Shown: positions 63,498 through 64,000 of the stretch, one piece after another | Layout: each line of letters begins with the position of its first letter | How positions within the stretch are numbered: the stretch's first letter is position 1 | Origin: an uncultured Thermoleophilia bacterium | Lineage (GTDB): Bacteria; Actinomycetota; Thermoleophilia; Gaiellales; Gaiellaceae | NCBI GenBank assembly: GCA_963758345.1 | Contig: CAVWVD010000009.1 | Span: 3,077-67,076, forward strand | DNA length: 64,000 nt | Reading direction: 5' to 3' | Notes under the pieces: generated by a model | What the model saw: the letters and a program-made list of their open reading frames with translations, nothing else | What the model was told of the DNA's origin: nothing | The model's database searches: none | Program-made: the position numbers and the translations under genes

Positions 63498-64000
63498 GGG
63501 CGGTCTTCATCATCGCCGGCTACGCGCTCCAGGAGGCGCTCCGGCGGCGCATCTTCCACGTCGTCCTGCTGCTGACGCTGCTCTATCTGGGGCTCTACTG
63601 GCTCGGCACCCGCACGGCGTTCGACGAGGTCTCGCAGCGGGCGGGGCAACTACCGGTCGACGACCAGGAGCTGACCGGCGGGACGCTGTTCGGGCTCTCG
63701 ATGTTCGGCACGCTGTTCCTCGGAGCGGTCCTCGCGGCGTTCCTGACGCTCGGCGTCGTTCGGGGAGACGCGGAGCGCGGGCTCCTGCAGCCGCTCGTGG
63801 TTCGCCCGGTCGGACGCGGAGCGCTGATCGCCGGGCGGATGCTCGGGGCGGCCGCGGTGTGCTGCCCGTACGTGCTCGTCGTCTACGTGGCCTGCGCGCT
63901 GATCACGAAAGCAGAGGGCGGCTGGTGGCCCGACGAGTTCGTCCGTCCGGGACTGCAGCTCGCCGCCGGCGTCCTGATCATCGCCGCGCTCGGCCTGCTC
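63494..64000 (+). CDS. ABC-2-like transporter permease; 3' end beyond the window
   Basis: GTGA overlap with the upstream gene. My own translation reads VRAVFIIAGYALQEALRRRIFHVVLLLTLLYLGLYW... It is hydrophobic and open to the window end. Confidence 0.7.
   Translation, partial: MRAVFIIAGYALQEALRRRIFHVVLLLTLLYLGLYWLGTRTAFDEVSQRAGQLPVDDQELTGGTLFGLSMFGTLFLGAVLAAFLTLGVVRGDAERGLLQPLVVRPVGRGALIAGRMLGAAAVCCPYVLVVYVACALITKAEGGWWPDEFVRPGLQLAAGVLIIAALGLL

Overview
Very GC-rich chromosomal window. Gene content, leaderless-looking starts and many ATGA/GTGA-coupled junctions suggest an Actinomycetota-like organism, possibly the Thermoleophilia/Rubrobacteria type (inference only). I support about 70 protein genes, one tRNA-Asp, one IS110-family insertion sequence, two copies of a ~140-bp palindrome-ended MITE-like repeat and several regulatory hairpins.

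Gene content:
- Left part (1-19 kb): housekeeping and accessory genes. These are a peptide-type ABC binding lipoprotein, a DAO-type flavoenzyme, an aldo/keto reductase next to a P-loop kinase, a hydrolase-adenylate cyclase fusion, MarR and ArsR-SRPBCC regulators, DUF899, two paralogous lipoprotein hydrolases, a MarP-like protease, a yitJ-like homocysteine methyltransferase/MTHFR, an SDR, an InlB-B-repeat secreted protein and a GMC dehydrogenase.
- 19.3-24.6 kb: a gluconate-dehydrogenase gamma-subunit gene, a cytochrome c gene and a caa3-type cytochrome oxidase operon. All are recognisable only by switching reading frame many times.
- Right part: ABC exporters, a NfeD-flotillin-PspA module, MoxR-DUF58-VWA, a PspC/histidine kinase/LuxR module, and a striking concentration of thiol, sulfide and sulfur-relay genes.

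Most interesting observations:
1. A DsbA/FrnE-like gene has an in-frame TGA exactly at the first Cys of its CPFC redox motif, followed by a SECIS-like hairpin. This is a candidate selenoprotein.
2. A second TGA at a conserved Cys, also followed by a hairpin, lies in a rearranged ArsM-like methyltransferase remnant.
3. An indel-saturated block covers the oxidase locus and has sharp borders.
4. Two CTGA junctions exist where conserved N-termini require CTG initiation.
5. A 540-bp highly structured non-coding leader precedes the yitJ-like gene. I could not classify it.
6. An IS110 element has long non-coding ends that could encode a guide (bridge/seek) RNA.
7. Several in-frame deletion remnants indicate gene decay.

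All function calls come from my own reading of the translations and remembered family motifs. No database search was run.
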